Assembly (NCBI GenBank): GCA_026770705.1
Contig: JANJGN010000035.1
Coordinates: 310,001 to 374,000 of the forward strand
Reading direction: 5' to 3'
Length of the DNA stretch: 64,000 nucleotides
DNA from: Isurus oxyrinchus
Taxonomy: Eukaryota
The notes beneath the pieces were generated by a model that searched no databases, was not told where the DNA came from, and saw only the letters and a program-made list of their open reading frames with translations. A program made the translations under genes and the position numbers. Shown in pieces: positions 48,893 through 62,054 of the stretch (position 1 is the first letter of the stretch; every line of letters begins with the position of its first letter).

Positions 48893-49575
48893 TCTACTCC
48901 CCATCACTGTCGAACAAGAGATATCATAAGCTTTTGTTCAATTTTACTGTTAGGTATTTCATCCTCTGCAGTGCATTCCCCTCAGAGGCAGACCGGCAGC
49001 CTCCCTTTGGCTTCATTTCACAATTATTCTAATTTGAACCAACTACTCGTTCCTTACCAGCAATGTATGATTTGACAACTCCTGTTGCCCAGGCATCTGC
49101 GCTGGGCCTTTAAACCTTTGCAGTATTCGTCGGTTTTGGTAAGATATAATTGGAGCGGGAAGCTACAAAAGGCACAGAGGTAGATTTCTCAAGTGGATTA
49201 AAAAAATCATATGGTGCTTGTTGTGGGAACCGGTGACACCGTCACACTGAAAACCACGAAGCTCATTCAGAGTAACGCGAGACATTGTGCAAATCACAAA
49301 GTGTCGGGTTAAAGAAAGTGTCAACCCAAGGGTCTTATCAAAAAGGACTGCAACACTTATCCCTCCTCATTCATTCCTGGCGAACATGCAGTGACGCAAA
49401 AAATTCAACTCTCTCTCATCATTTTCGCCGGCAATATTTCAAATTGCTCCTTCCGCTTGAACCTCTCAAGGAAATGGTGATCCTGTTTGGCTTCATTACA
49501 TCGGCTCCTAATTCCCTACTGTGTTTCAGGACGTCATTGGTTAAATTTAAAACCATGCATTGACTGAAAGGATAA

Positions 49576-49649
49576 AGGTGCCACTGACATTTTAACAGAG
49601 TATCTCATGTGTATTAAAGAAGCGTTTTAAATAACCAAGTCACAAGCCC
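49576..49649 (-). pseudogene. tRNA-Thr-like pseudogene
   Basis: Paralog of 52746-52819; AGGTGCCACTG...GCGTTTTAAATAACCAAGTCACAAGCCC, 74 nt. Confidence 0.6.
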
Positions 49650-51082
49650 AACACTGACCAGAGTTTACAAAGTAAAGTTCTGAATTGCATCCCACTTCTT
49701 CGCTGCAAATATTATTGTTCATTTGTGCGAATTGAAAACTTTCACCTGCACTGGGCTTTCAAAACTTTGAAGATTCTATTTCTTCAGGTGAGATATTAAG
49801 TTGCAAGCATGAACGTTCTTCCTTTCCAGATGACAGTCCCTTCTTAATTCTTCCCTTGCAGTTCATTTCACCTCAATCACAGGCGCTGCATTCCAGACCT
49901 TAAATTCTTCCTGCGAGAAAAAATAAAGTTTTATTTTTCTTCGTCTCAGTTTTTTTTTTTAGCAACTACTTTAAATCTGCAACAGCTCGAACTTGATCCT
50001 TTCACGAACGGGAACACTTTCCTCCCATCAAATCTGCTCAGGCCCTTCGTGATTTTCTATCCTTCTATCAAATCTCCATTCAGACTTCTTTTCTCCCAGA
50101 ACAACAGTCCTAACCTCTACAATCTATCTTCCTAACTGAAGTTCCTCATCTCAGCAGCCATCTCGTGATTTTTTTTCTGCACTCCTTCCAGCATCCTTAA
50201 TATCCTTCCTAAATTGTAGCGCCCAGAACCAGACGAGATGCACCAGCTGAGGCTGAACTCTTAGGGACACTTAGAAATCCTACTTATGTTATTCCAATTA
50301 CACCATTCTTCGTTTTTTTGTGCCATGTCTGTTGTCCTCATAGACAATCGCTTTCGATGTGATTCCATAACCAAAACATCGGATCTAAGCTGTGCAGTTC
50401 TGTCACTTCCAGTCGTGAAAGACGGTGGACAATTAAACACTAATTGGGAACGAGGCCCCGAATATAAATGATGACCTCAGCAGCGAATCTTAAATTCAGG
50501 AAGCAATAAAATAAAAAGCTGTCAATGTGTTCCGAGGGTCGCTGCACCCCTACCCTGGTGTCCTGTGCCATCCTCAGTTCAAAGCTTCCCATAGTGGACC
50601 AAACCTTATCGGTCACCGTCTATTCAGTGAGGTTCATCCCAACCACAGTTTCCAGATGGAATGAAAGCGGAGAAAAACATTTGTTTTTACACAATTTAGT
50701 GGTTGATTGAGATGTCTTTAAAACCTTGTCTTTTTTTGCTGGAAAAACGTCTCAAATCCCTTGAGACGTTCGTAGATTGATCCGTAGGTGTCCCTCATTG
50801 TGTAGGTGCACACAGTGGATAAAGACAGAGAGGAAAAGAAAATGTAATATCCAGCACGACTTCTGCACTGACCCCAAAGCAGTTTTCATTCATGTAATAT
50901 GGCAAACCCACTGGTACATTGGGATGAACTGAAAAGGGAGCGATACATAAGCATACCAGTGCACGTTCTTTTCAAAGGGAATTTCGATCCTATTGTGCTT
51001 CTTTATGTTCACAATCATTCCATATGCTTCCTCACGACATGAAAATGTTCAGCTCTTTGCCTGATTAATTTTAAATAAATAA

Positions 51083-51157
51083 CAGCACCATTGACATCTG
51101 AACTCAGGATCGTCTGCAAGACTGTATGTAAGACATGACCCACTCTACCACACTGCT
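51083..51157 (-). pseudogene. Decayed tRNA-Thr-like relic
   Basis: GCACCATTGACATCTGAACTCAGGATC; paralog of 28905-28978 (a still weaker copy at ~47865-47930). Confidence 0.5.
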
Positions 51158-52027
51158 AAGTCACAACAGTTATGTTTTGAACCGTATTTCACTATTTTGC
51201 TGTAAGTTCATTGAGAATTCTTCATCTGTTACGGGGCTGTAGGGCAGCGCGAAATAAGATTTTTGAGGAAGGAGCTATTGAGGTCGACATTCAACCAAGA
51301 AGTTCTAGACGGTTTGTGAAGCCGTGAGACCCATGACACACCTGCCCCTATTTCTCATGTTATTGCAGACACTGCTCAGAAGATACATCAGGATTATGGT
51401 AAGCCAGGAAAGGAAGCAGCACTGTTTGACCAGTGGGCTCTGGAGTTCAGCAGGTTACATCTGGAGTTAAATTTCATCATCCACGATTCGTATTAGCATT
51501 CAATGGGGTCAGCCGATAAATAGGCTATTTGGCCCATCCTGTCTGTGCTGGCTCGTTGAAGGAGAAATTCGCCTCAATCAATCCACCGGCCATCTCCCCG
51601 ATCCTTACGAAATCGTCAGTTTTATTTTCAGGGATTAAATGTTTTTTCTCTTTTCTTCATTATAGAAGAATGATCTGATCGAGGCTTCTAACCTGTTAAA
51701 GTGAATTGTTAGTTTAAACACAGAGAAGCCATTTCACCCGGCAGGAAGAATGGGGTTGAATGTTGACTTTTGTTTTGGTCACAGTTCCACAGCGCAGGTG
51801 CCAGCCAAGCAAGAGGAATGTCAGGAAACATTCTTCACACAAGGAGTACCTGGAAACCCAGGAAGGAATTTAAATTGATCGAGGCTACCACAATTCCAAG
51901 ACAGTGGATCCTTTGTTGGAAATCAAAGTAACGCCGCCAGTTCCTCAGCTCCCCGTGAAGAATTCAGCGTCCAAGGCTGTCTCTTTGGTCGTTTCACCGG
52001 GCGTGAACATCTTAAGCCGAAAGTGAA

Positions 52028-52100
52028 CAGCCAGACATGGACTTATCACCTGAACGCTCAGATTAAAATTCTGGTGCCCTAACGAAAGAGCTGCCCAGTG
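52028..52100 (-). pseudogene. tRNA-Lys(TTT) pseudogene
   Basis: GGACTTATCACCTGAACGCTCAGATTAAAATTCTGGTGCCCTAACGAAAGAGCTGCCC; TTT anticodon kept; 73 nt. Confidence 0.78.
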
Positions 52101-52745
52101 AGAGCAGCCATCACTACTTAAAAAGAGGCGTCACAAGCTTTTTATGCATTCCCTTGTGAGGTGACTCATCTTCTGCAGCTCCTTTTTCCTCACAAGCAGA
52201 CCAGCAGACTCCCTTTGGCTTCATTTTACAATTATTCTAATTTGCACCTACTACTCACTCCTGACACATGGCGTGTGACCTCGCAACTGTTTTGAGCCAG
52301 TTATCTGCACTGGGCATTTAAAGCTTTGAAGATTGCATTGGTTTCGGGAAGATATAATTGGAGTCGGAAGCTAAAAACTGAATAAACAATTTCTAACGGT
52401 GTTTGTAGTGGGAACGTGTGATGACATCACATTGAAAAAACAAAGCTTCTAAATAGTCCAAATCACAAATTGTAGGGATGGAAATAGATCTGCCAGCCCA
52501 AGGACTTCATCAAAAAAGCACCAACATTTATCTCTCCCCGTTTGTTCCTTCCTAAAGCGCAGTAACATAAATCATTCAAACTTTGCCCACAGTTATCACC
52601 GGCAATATTTTAAAATGTTCTTCCCGCATGACTTCCCAAGGAAAGAATGATCCTATCCGGCTTCATTATATAGTCGCCTAATTATCAATGTTGCCTCTGG
52701 ACGTCAATGTTTTTATTTAATTCCATGCATCGACTTAATCGATGA

Positions 52746-52819
52746 AGACACATCTGACAATGAAAAGCAGAATCGCTTTTACATTAAACAAGCGCTTTAA
52801 CCAACTAAGTCACAACGCC
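52746..52819 (-). pseudogene. tRNA-Thr pseudogene
   Basis: ACAAGCGCTTTAACCAACTAAGTCACAACGCC closely matches the reverse complement of the tRNA-Thr 5' half; 3' half decayed. Confidence 0.75.
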
Positions 52820-53388
52820 AACACTGAATAGAGCTTTGCAATGTAAACTTCAAAATTGTATCCCACTACTTTGCTGCAAACATTATTGTTCATCTCTTAT
52901 TGGGCTGTATGAAAAGTTCGAATTGAGAACGTTCATCTGCACAGGGCTTTCAAAGCTTTGAAGATTCGATTTCTTTCGGTGAGATATTAAGTCAGATAAA
53001 TTCCAGTGAGAGGTACGAAGGGAGAGGGATTGATTTTGCGAATTGAGAAACTGCTTCACATAGTGCCTGTTGTGGGAATGTGAAGTCCTGGCAGGTCCCG
53101 GAGATGCTGTTGCTTTATTGTAGGTCAGATAGCAGACTCACCCTCCGTTAATTGAAGATCAACCTCATTTCTGGACTCAAACACAGATCACTGGTTCTAG
53201 GTCTTTCCTTCCGACCATGGATTGGTCGACATGTGACTCCAGGCACAGAGCTCTAAACTGTCCCCCTGAATTGGTCTAGCAAAGCACTGGGTCTTATTAA
53301 AATCGCAGTTGCAAAGAGCAATTAGGGACTGAGGAAATGCTGGTCTCAGCAGTCACAGATCACAGCCCTTCCCTTTTGTTCTTTTTGT

Positions 53389-53404
53389 GGCTCTGAAAAG
53401 AGCC
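53389..53404 (-). promoter_or_regulatory. Histone 3' stem-loop with downstream HDE
   Basis: Minus strand GGCTCTTTTCAGAGCC, a perfect consensus, followed by a purine-rich stretch ending GAAGGGCTGTG. Confidence 0.9.
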
Positions 53405-53432
53405 ATTGTTAGATATAGTGCTGAAAGCAGTT

Positions 53433-53519
53433 GTAGGGTCGCTCCCCGCGGATGCGGCGGGACAGCTGGATATCTTTCGGCAAGATGGTGACCCGTTTTA
53501 AGCGGATGGAGCGCAGGTT
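53433..53519 (-). pseudogene. Replication-dependent histone H3 C-terminal fragment
   Basis: [28 protein letters not shown] vs H3 [28 protein letters not shown]; stop position reads TAC. Confidence 0.9.
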
Positions 53520-54857
53520 TTACACAGGAGTACTTTTTTCCTGTGCAAGCCCTTTTATAAAAATTCCTATCTTTCCAGTAAAGATTTGGAATTTATATAC
53601 AATACTGCTAACCTCTGATGCTGCTCCTGCGACCCCTCTCCTCTCCCGCCACATAAAACCAGGGAACTAAATGACAGCATCCATCATTTGTTCTATGTGG
53701 CTGCGGGTGTAATTTATTAAAATGACATCTCATAGCACCAGCCCAGTTGTGGGATGGTTTTAGCGCTGAATACTGTGATGAAACATTTATCAGTCCATTA
53801 CTTATTGACTTCTGAGAATGTTCAATTTATAGAACAATCCAGGTTTTCCCTTAAGTGGACTTTTATAGATAAAATTACCATGTCCCTGCGAGCTAACTGG
53901 GAATGGCTTAATCTGCACAGTGATAGTGCAAATAAATGTTGAGCCTCATGCCAGGATCAATAGCCATGGAAATTAAGCCGGGAGCATGATGGGTGGCTGT
54001 TTTGGTGGTTCCGGAAAGTAACATATGTGACAACCACGTGGCAGAGCCAGAATGCTACTCCATTGTACTCAGTGTCTCATCATATGACTGTCCCCTCATC
54101 CTGAGGACCAATCAGTGAAGATTCGCTGTGCCGCCTCCAAATCACTAGTATCCTTCCTTAAAGATGAAGATCGAAACTGCAAATAATATTAAAGAAATGA
54201 TGTCACCAAAGCCCTTTGTTTTTTAGCAAGACTTATTAATTCTTGAACTGAGATCCCCTTACAATACAGTCTAAAATGTACTGTCTTCAAATAAACAAAA
54301 TGTGTGTCTAAGTAAGGTTATGAAAAGTGGCATAGAAGTCGTCCAAAGGCAACATGAAGGAACAATTAAGTAAAGGAGACCGAACACAGCCCGCAAAGTA
54401 AATAAACAAGAAAGAAGATAAAGAAGGATATTAAGAACTAAAATTGATGAACTCATTTTTGGGTTCAGTGGCTGAAGCGTACTGAGTCAGAAGATGATCC
54501 ACTTTTCCATAAGCTTTGATTTTGGTGAGGCCATTTATTCCCCAGGTTCTGTTCTATTATTTCTATTGTTTCCTAATTTCAATGTTGAAATCTGTCCATT
54601 TGTTGTACCTGTGTTCCTTATTCCCAAATTCCAAGCAAGCGGAAATAGTTTCCTCAACTGACCATATCCGCACCAGAGGTCCGAGTACATAAATCATTAA
54701 AGTAGCTTGCATACAAGGTCCAGCAAGTGATTAGGAAGGCAAATTAAATGGTGGCTTTTATTGAGGGAGAATGGAAGTTTTAGTGCAGCTGCACAGAAGA
54801 TTAGTGAGCAAACGTCTGGAAAACTGTGTACAGTGTTGGCCACCATATTTTTAAAAT

Positions 54858-55770
54858 ATCGTCATGAAACGATAATATTTTTCGTAATATTATTGTTGGC
54901 TTATATGTGTGAATGTGGATGTTCCTGCCTAAGTGAATGAAGTAATTGAATTAGAGTCAGATAGACTGCAGGTTTGAAATTGTCGAAATAAAATAAGAGC
55001 AGGAAGACATCTAAATATGGATGAGGAGCAGGGTGTGAAGGAAATTTGCATTTTCAGATAATTGGAAGGTGGTTGGGTATCAAATGGATAGTAGCATTTT
55101 TGCAACTAACAAGCTAAACGGGGCAAGGTTATTATGTTTATTTTTCCTAAAAGGAAACGGACTTTATTGACTTTCTGAATGATTTTTACAAAACGAGAAA
55201 ATTAAACTTTCAAAGTCCTGTAGAACAATGGAATTTAGAGATTAGAATGAGAGGAACGTATAAAAAACGGATGAAAGACTGTACAGAGAGCGTTGCCATG
55301 TCGCATTGAAAGGTACACTATGTGAAGCAGTCCTTGGGAAACAGCCACTTTAGCAGACGTTTGCTACTTATACAAATATAAGGAGTTGCGTTGCAAGGCT
55401 TTGGTAATCCAATGCCGAGTACTTGGTGTGGTATCTTTGCATTATTGATTTTGTAGTTTCAAATCTATTTTAGGCTGCTGCCCTATAGGGGGAGTGGAGT
55501 TGGCAACCTGTTTAACTAAGAATTTTGGGAAATGCTACACCTAAATAACCGTGTAACTCTAATATTGTGTGTATTTATCGTTTTTTTTCCTTCTGTTAAT
55601 AAATGTTTTACGATAATTAAAAATCCCTTAAGGTATTATTGGATTCATAGCCTCGGAGTTCAGTGCAAAATCCTTCTCGGAATAAATACAAATTGCCTGA
55701 ACTTTTGTGATAAATGGCTAAGTTTCCCTTGTGCATTTGGCCCACCTGGCATACATCACCTGTCATACCA
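54858..55770 (+). mobile_element. Solo-LTR-like insertion splitting a CR1 fragment
   Basis: CR1 peptide LENCVQCWPPY stops at ~54850 and resumes ~55775 (QRKVSQFFPRMTGLTY); the insert has TATAAAA and AATAAA. Confidence 0.6.
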
Positions 55771-56739
55771 AATGCATAAGAAGCATTGCAGAGAAAGGTC
55801 AGTCAATTCTTTCCGAGGATGACGGGTTTAACTTATCAAGGCGGTTTGGTCCTGTTTCCATTGGAGTTGAGAAGAAAGCGAGGAGACCTTCCTGAATCAT
55901 ACCCGGTCCCGAAGGGACATGATCGGATGGAGTCGAGAAGTAGGGGACAGTGTAGAAAAAGGAGAGGTCTCCATTTTAAGAGGAAATGCGAGGTTTTTTT
56001 ACTCCTCGTAGAGCGGCGTTCTGTGTAATTTTACTTTTTGCTGTCTCCATGAACACTTTCTTTCAACCAAGGCCCGGAAATTAGGCGTTTGCATTGCATG
56101 GATGTCCTGAATGTTCATGACACGCAAAAGGCTCTTTCTCACTTGACAAACATTTTCTTCCACCTGCTGTGATGGGAATTGAAATTCACTGGTAAATATG
56201 ATCAAACAGTTTATGTTTTTTTTTGTAAAATGCACTTTTTTTACTTCAGCGAACATTGCAAATACAATTTAACCGACCAGTTCACATGTTGATGTCCTTT
56301 TCACTTTGTTTGATGTATTTCATGACTCTGCTGGGTGCTCTATTACATGCATCCAGCACTGTCTGTCTTAAAAAAATAAGCACCACAATCATATTGCTCA
56401 TTTTCCACCCCAGGTCGGTATGATTTATTTTTCATTTATGGGATGTGAGCGTCGCTGGCTAGGCCAGCATCTACAGCTGCTCCTAAATTACGCTAGAGAA
56501 CTTGGTGATGTGCTGCCTTCTTGAACTGTTAAAGTCCATGTGGTGTAGGTGCACTCAGAGTGCAGTGAGAGATGGAGTTGCAAGATGTTCACATCGGCAT
56601 CTTTCTCTTTCTTCTGGACAATATTTGTTGTAAGGGACCTGAACAAAATGAATAATTGTCAGTATGGAGTCCCCATCTGAAAGAGGAAACGCATCCGGTA
56701 GAGATGATATAACACGCGTTCACTAGCCTCATGCGAAAG

Positions 56740-57900
56740 CAAGACTCAGCATGGTTTTTCGAAAGGGAAATCATGTTTAACCAAGTTATTAGAGTTTTTT
56801 GAAGGATAAGCATGTGTTATGGATGAAGAGGAGCACGTATGCTTAATATACTTCGATTTTTAAAAGGCCTTAGACAAGCTGCCACATCGAAGGTTATTGC
56901 AGAAAATAAATGTTCATGGTATAGGGGTAAGATATTGGCATGGAGAGAAGGCTGGCTGGCTGTCAGAAAACAGAGAGTATGCATATGTGGGTCTTTGTCT
57001 GATTGGCAGGAAATACGACTGGATTGGGATAGGTGCTGGGATCATGATTTTTTACAATTTATATCAATCGCTTAGATGAGGAGAGTTAAGTCATGATAGA
57101 TAATTTTTCAGTTGGCACAGATAAAGTTGGGAAAGTTCTGAAGGTTGCAAAAGGAACATGCAAATAGAAATATATGGATTGAGTTTTTGGGCAAAAACCT
57201 ACAGATGGATAATTATTTTGGAACATGTGAAGTTGTTCATTTTGGTAGGGAAAATAATAATAATAAGAAACAAATTATTAATTACACAGAGAACGACTGC
57301 AGAGTTCCAAGCTGCAGGTGGATCTAGGTGCCTTGGTTCATGAGTCACAAAAAGTTATTATGCAGGTACAGCACGTAATGTAGAAGTCGAATGCAATGCT
57401 ATCCTTTATTTCTAGTCGAATTGGAGACAAAAGAAAGGCTGTTAAGCTTCAGTAATACAGGGTAATCATGAGTCCAAATCTGGAGTACTGTATGCCTTTT
57501 TTTCCCTTTACTTTAGGAAGGATGTAAGTGAGTTTGAGGCGGTTCAGAGCGGGTTTACTGGGTTGATACCTGGAATGAGCGGGTGCCTTATGAGTATTGG
57601 TCGGACAGACTGGGTGTGTTCCTCGTAGGACAGTGGAAATTAGATGTTTTTTTTTTCTCTCAGGTGACTATGCGACTTCAGAACATTCGGCCTCAGAAAG
57701 CAATGGAGGTGCTGTCATTTAAAATTTAAAAAAATACAGGTAAATAAATTCTTGTAAGGCAAAAGTTTCAAAGGCTTTCGGCGCAGATGGGAATGTGGAA
57801 TGCGAAATACAAACATATCATCCACGATCTTGGTGAACGGAGGAACAGCCTCGAAGATCCATTTGATTTACTTCTGCTCCTATTTCCTATGTTCGTAGCA
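56740..57900 (+). mobile_element. Decayed CR1 LINE (paralog of 350-1630)
   Basis: QHGFSKGKSCLTKLLEFFE; YFDF*KALDKLPH; same tail and flanks as the first copy. Confidence 0.88.
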
Positions 57901-59560
57901 AATGTAGATATTGGAAATCTGAAGTAACAACAGAAATTCCTGTTATGCTCTCCAGACACTACTGCTTCCTGGGAAAGAGAAAATCTCAATCTTTCAGCTC
58001 TGTAAACCAAAGGTGTTGTCTGAGCTGCTGAGTGAAGCCAGCATTTTCTAAAGGCTGAAAGTCCTATGTTTTAATTATAGCTTGGTCCCTAGATTCATGC
58101 CAATATTCAAAGCAGAGATTCAGCAAGATTACTGTATACTCTCTGGATCTTAGTGTAATCAGTGATGAGGAGAAATCTATTCAACAAATGTTTATGTATC
58201 TTTGAAGTGCCCTAACACAGGGGATTGGGAGAGCTCAAAATATTTAAACCTGTGATCAATATATTATTGAATACTGAGCGGATAAGAGGATATGAGAATA
58301 GCCCTGCGCCTATCCATCAGTCTGATGGGAAAATGAAAATGTTGCACATAAAGATCAAAGAGAGGGAAACAGAGAGACAAACAGACAGACATTCAAAGGT
58401 AGAGAATGACGGGCAGAGACATACGTCGCAATATTTTTGCTTCATTAGTTGGACATGGCAAAGAGAAAGACTTCCAGAGAAACAATGACACGCTCAGAAA
58501 ATAGTTCAGGAAGTAAGACGCACACGTAATAAAACACGTTTAAAGTGGAGATAGATTTCAATACGAGGAAGTAAGCAATGTTATTACGAACTTTTGGAGG
58601 ACCAATATGGAAAGTCGCTACACTGTAAAAGCGAGGTTTTTGTAAAGTGTGGATGGGCAGTGAGACATTTCCCTCCATATACACAACGCTCATAATGTAG
58701 CTCAATAAGCATATTGAATATTTTGGTTTCTAAATGGAGAAAGAGCATGTTAAGCCACCGGGGTCATGCTAGAACTTGAAGTCCTGCATTTAGACATTCG
58801 TAAGCAATCTTGTTAGTTTTGTTCACCACTCTTCAGCAAGGCATCAGAAAGGGGCTCGAGAACGTTCACTGGGGCGTTTCAAAGGATGAAATTGTTATAT
58901 TATGAGGTGTTGTTGGACAACCCCGGGTTGTTATACTTTGGACAAAACATTTTAAAAAATCACCAAATAATGGTTTTCCACATCATGCGAGATTTGGGGA
59001 GGGTAAACAAGGAAAAAATCCCCTCTGTGTGTACATCAATAACTAAAGGTCATGGATTCAAATTCGTTGACAAAAGTTATGCAGATGACGGGAGCCGATA
59101 CATTTCCATTCGGAGTTGGTGGGATCTGGAAGGCTTGACATGAATAGGTGTCAGAAGATATTTTCGTGAATAATTTTAGATAGAAATTGGAAAGGCCATT
59201 GCAGACGAGCATCTTAGAAAACCACAATAAACAAGAACAACGCAGGAGCAATTAACAAAAACAACGCACACATGCACAAATACAAGCGCACGGAAAATTT
59301 GCCTGCACATACCGTTGGGCACATCTAATTAAGCTTAAAGTGACATCGACAATGTGAGAAAGGGAGAAAAAGAAGGGTGGCATTAATTTAGCTGATATTT
59401 GTGGTATTCATGACAGAAAATTCGTGAGCACATGGAGATGAATAAGAATGAGGAAAGCGACTTCTGTTGTTGAAAAGTTTGCGATATGATACTGCATAAG
59501 GCAGAACTCATCTCTAAGGAAATTGGCCAAATTTTGAAACTGAACGAAGAACAGAATTTG

Positions 59561-59638
59561 CATAGTCGCAAGGATTTGAATCTGCTCAAAGGCACGCTAA
59601 TGCATGTGTATTTGCTTTCCGCACTCGGCCACAACTAC
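59561..59638 (-). pseudogene. tRNA-Ser pseudogene (paralog of 3301-3382)
   Basis: CATAGTCGCAAGGATTTGAATCTGC...CACTCGGCCACAACTAC; anticodon arm destroyed. Confidence 0.75.
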
Positions 59639-61460
59639 GCAGTTTAGCAGTATATAAACCAGACTGATCACCGTCCAAAACAATTCTCATTAAGTGTCTC
59701 TCTTTCGTATGATTTTGACTTCTTGTGCTGAAAATAAATGCGTGTCATCCTTCTGCTGGTTGCAGAGCTGTATTTTCGATTTGTCTTCTGAACCTGGTTT
59801 GATGCAGAAATATTTTTTCTGTCTGTTTCTTTCCTTTTCCCAATGACTCCTAAATATATTTACACACAACGCAGATATTCACAAATACTTTGAGAGATAA
59901 AACAGTCACACACACACATTCATTCAGAACGAGCACACCGATAAACATAACAACCAATTTCAAACATCATAATGTTAATGATAAATATTCGGACATTCAG
60001 AACCTGCTGTAACTCAACTCGGAGGTGTCGCAATAGCTGCCTTAAAGGTGCAACAGCAAATGAATATTTTGTTGACAGGAACACAGAGATAATCGAATTA
60101 TACTCTACTATGATGTTCCGTGTTCTTTCTGCAATTTAGTTTTGAGGAACTACCAGGAATAGCGATTGTGGATTCGATAGGATGGATCGAAAGGAACTGC
60201 TCCCTTGGACTTTGTGTGTACACAGAACACAGGAGACAGAATGGCAAGACATTGGACAGTAAATGCAGAGCCAGTCAGTAAGTATATGAGAGTACACAAG
60301 GAATATATATTTCAGGTACCATTTGTGAAATGAGTGTATTTTCTAGGTGGTGAGAAACAAGGGGCTGTGGAAAAGCAAATTGGTTTCGATCTCCAGGACG
60401 AGGGCTCACAAACAGCTAGTATGCATGCACAAATAACACCATCTTTAATCTCCATTTCAAGATTTTCATATCCGAGTTAACAATCCTTACAATCAATGTT
60501 TAGACAGCTGACCTGAGTTTGTAGCTTAAATTAGAAAACAGATCCATGCAACTAGCGGAGAGGCTTAAAGCATGCTGTTTTCCATATTGTTTTCCAATAT
60601 TTTGCAATGTGCATAGTTGTTCACCTCTTCTAAGGCTTGAAACTTTGGGAATTCTTTATCTGTGATTGTGATGTAGGACAGGGGGAAATGAGAATTTTCA
60701 CGAAGTTGCAATTGTGGAAAAAAGGTTCAGCTGGAATGGTCGTGAAGCCTTTAAATTCATGAGGCACAAATTTCTCTTTCTCGTGTTCTTGTAGATAACA
60801 CTCGAAGGAATCACCCTATTGGCACCAGAATGCAAAAAAGAACTGCTGATTCACCAATGGGATTTCGGATTGCAATCGTTTACTTTACGAATTTAGTTTT
60901 GATAATCGTAGAAAGGTATAATCATATAATGGATACAGCACAAAATGAAACCATTCGTCCTGTCCTGTCTGTTCTGTTTCTCTGATGGAGAACTGCAACC
61001 ATTGTCAATCCCCCGCCTTCTCCCGTGCATTTTTCTTCTTTTCAGGTCTTTTCCCTGTTTCTAGTCTCTTTAGAAATAAAATGAAGGGTGATGTAATCGA
61101 ATTTTCTATTCCATTTAAACCACATGTTAGGTTATAAAGGGAGAAATCGCTTTCCCTGGAGGAAGAAATGGGGCTGATTCAAGTCATGTTGTTGACACTG
61201 ATGCAGAGAGATGAGGTCTAAGCCAACAAAGATTAATAAATAAATAAAACAGGAAGCTTTTTTCACAATTAGGGCAGCTGGAAATTTAGAAAGAATTTTT
61301 AAAAGTTGATCGAATCTACAATAAATTCTAGAAGACACTATGTTTTTGCCAATTGAATAGACATACCTGTCTCTTCTGCACGATTCAAGAACTCAGCATC
61401 CCTGACTCCTGTATTTCCTGTTGCTTTACAGGGGGGAAAACACCTCGAGTCAAAATGTAC

Positions 61461-61533
61461 TGTCCAAACCTGGACTCGAACAATAAACCCGCATATTACA
61501 TATGTTAAGTTTTACCGATTGAGACATCCAGCT
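61461..61533 (-). pseudogene. Decayed tRNA-Lys-like relic (paralog of 5218-5283)
   Basis: GGACTCGAAC...TACCGATTGAGACATCC, 73-nt gapless alignment by eye. Confidence 0.55.
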
Positions 61534-62054
61534 GGAATAATCATTCTTCCAATAGCTGCCTTCGCCACCTGACATGAGGCATTGCAACCACTTTTTGCTT
61601 TCATTCCCTTGTTTGCTAATCCATCCTCGACAGCACATTTCCTTTATAGGCAGATCAGCAGCGTCCCTTTGGCTTCGTTTATCAAATCACTTAATTAACT
61701 CCAACTGTTTGCTCCTAACCCGTGGCTTGGGCGGTGAGGATTGTTGTTTCCGACTATCTGCACTGACCCTTGCTGATTGTGTTTACTTCGGCGGTGTGTT
61801 GAATTGTAGGAATTGGAGAGGGAAGATCAAAACCCACAGAGATGGATCTTGCGAATGGGTAAACAATTCCATATGATGTTTGTTGTTGGAAATTGTGATG
61901 TTAACCCTTTTAAAGCAAGAAGGCTCATTGGCGGAAACATTCCAAATTGTGAGAATCACAAAAATAGCGGAGCAAGATAGAAATGCTACACAAATGTTCA
62001 GTTGGTCTAGGTGCGGTGCTGAGCGGGAAGCAATGATCGTAAGATAAAGGAAAA

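Larger units (their letters stand above)
47590..52995 (+). repeat. Tandem duplication, ~3.2 kb offset (47590-49810 vs 50810-52995); Thr/Lys/Thr relic module
   Basis: Collinear anchors AATTTCGA.CCTATTGTG, GAAAATGTTCAGCTCTTT, CTCCCTTTGGCTTCATTT, GGTGAGATATTAAGT; partial copies at 27650-29500, 4400-5730 and 60660-61966. Confidence 0.9.
56371..61966 (+). repeat. Segmental duplication block I, copy 2
   Basis: Collinear with 1-5730. Confidence 0.9.
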
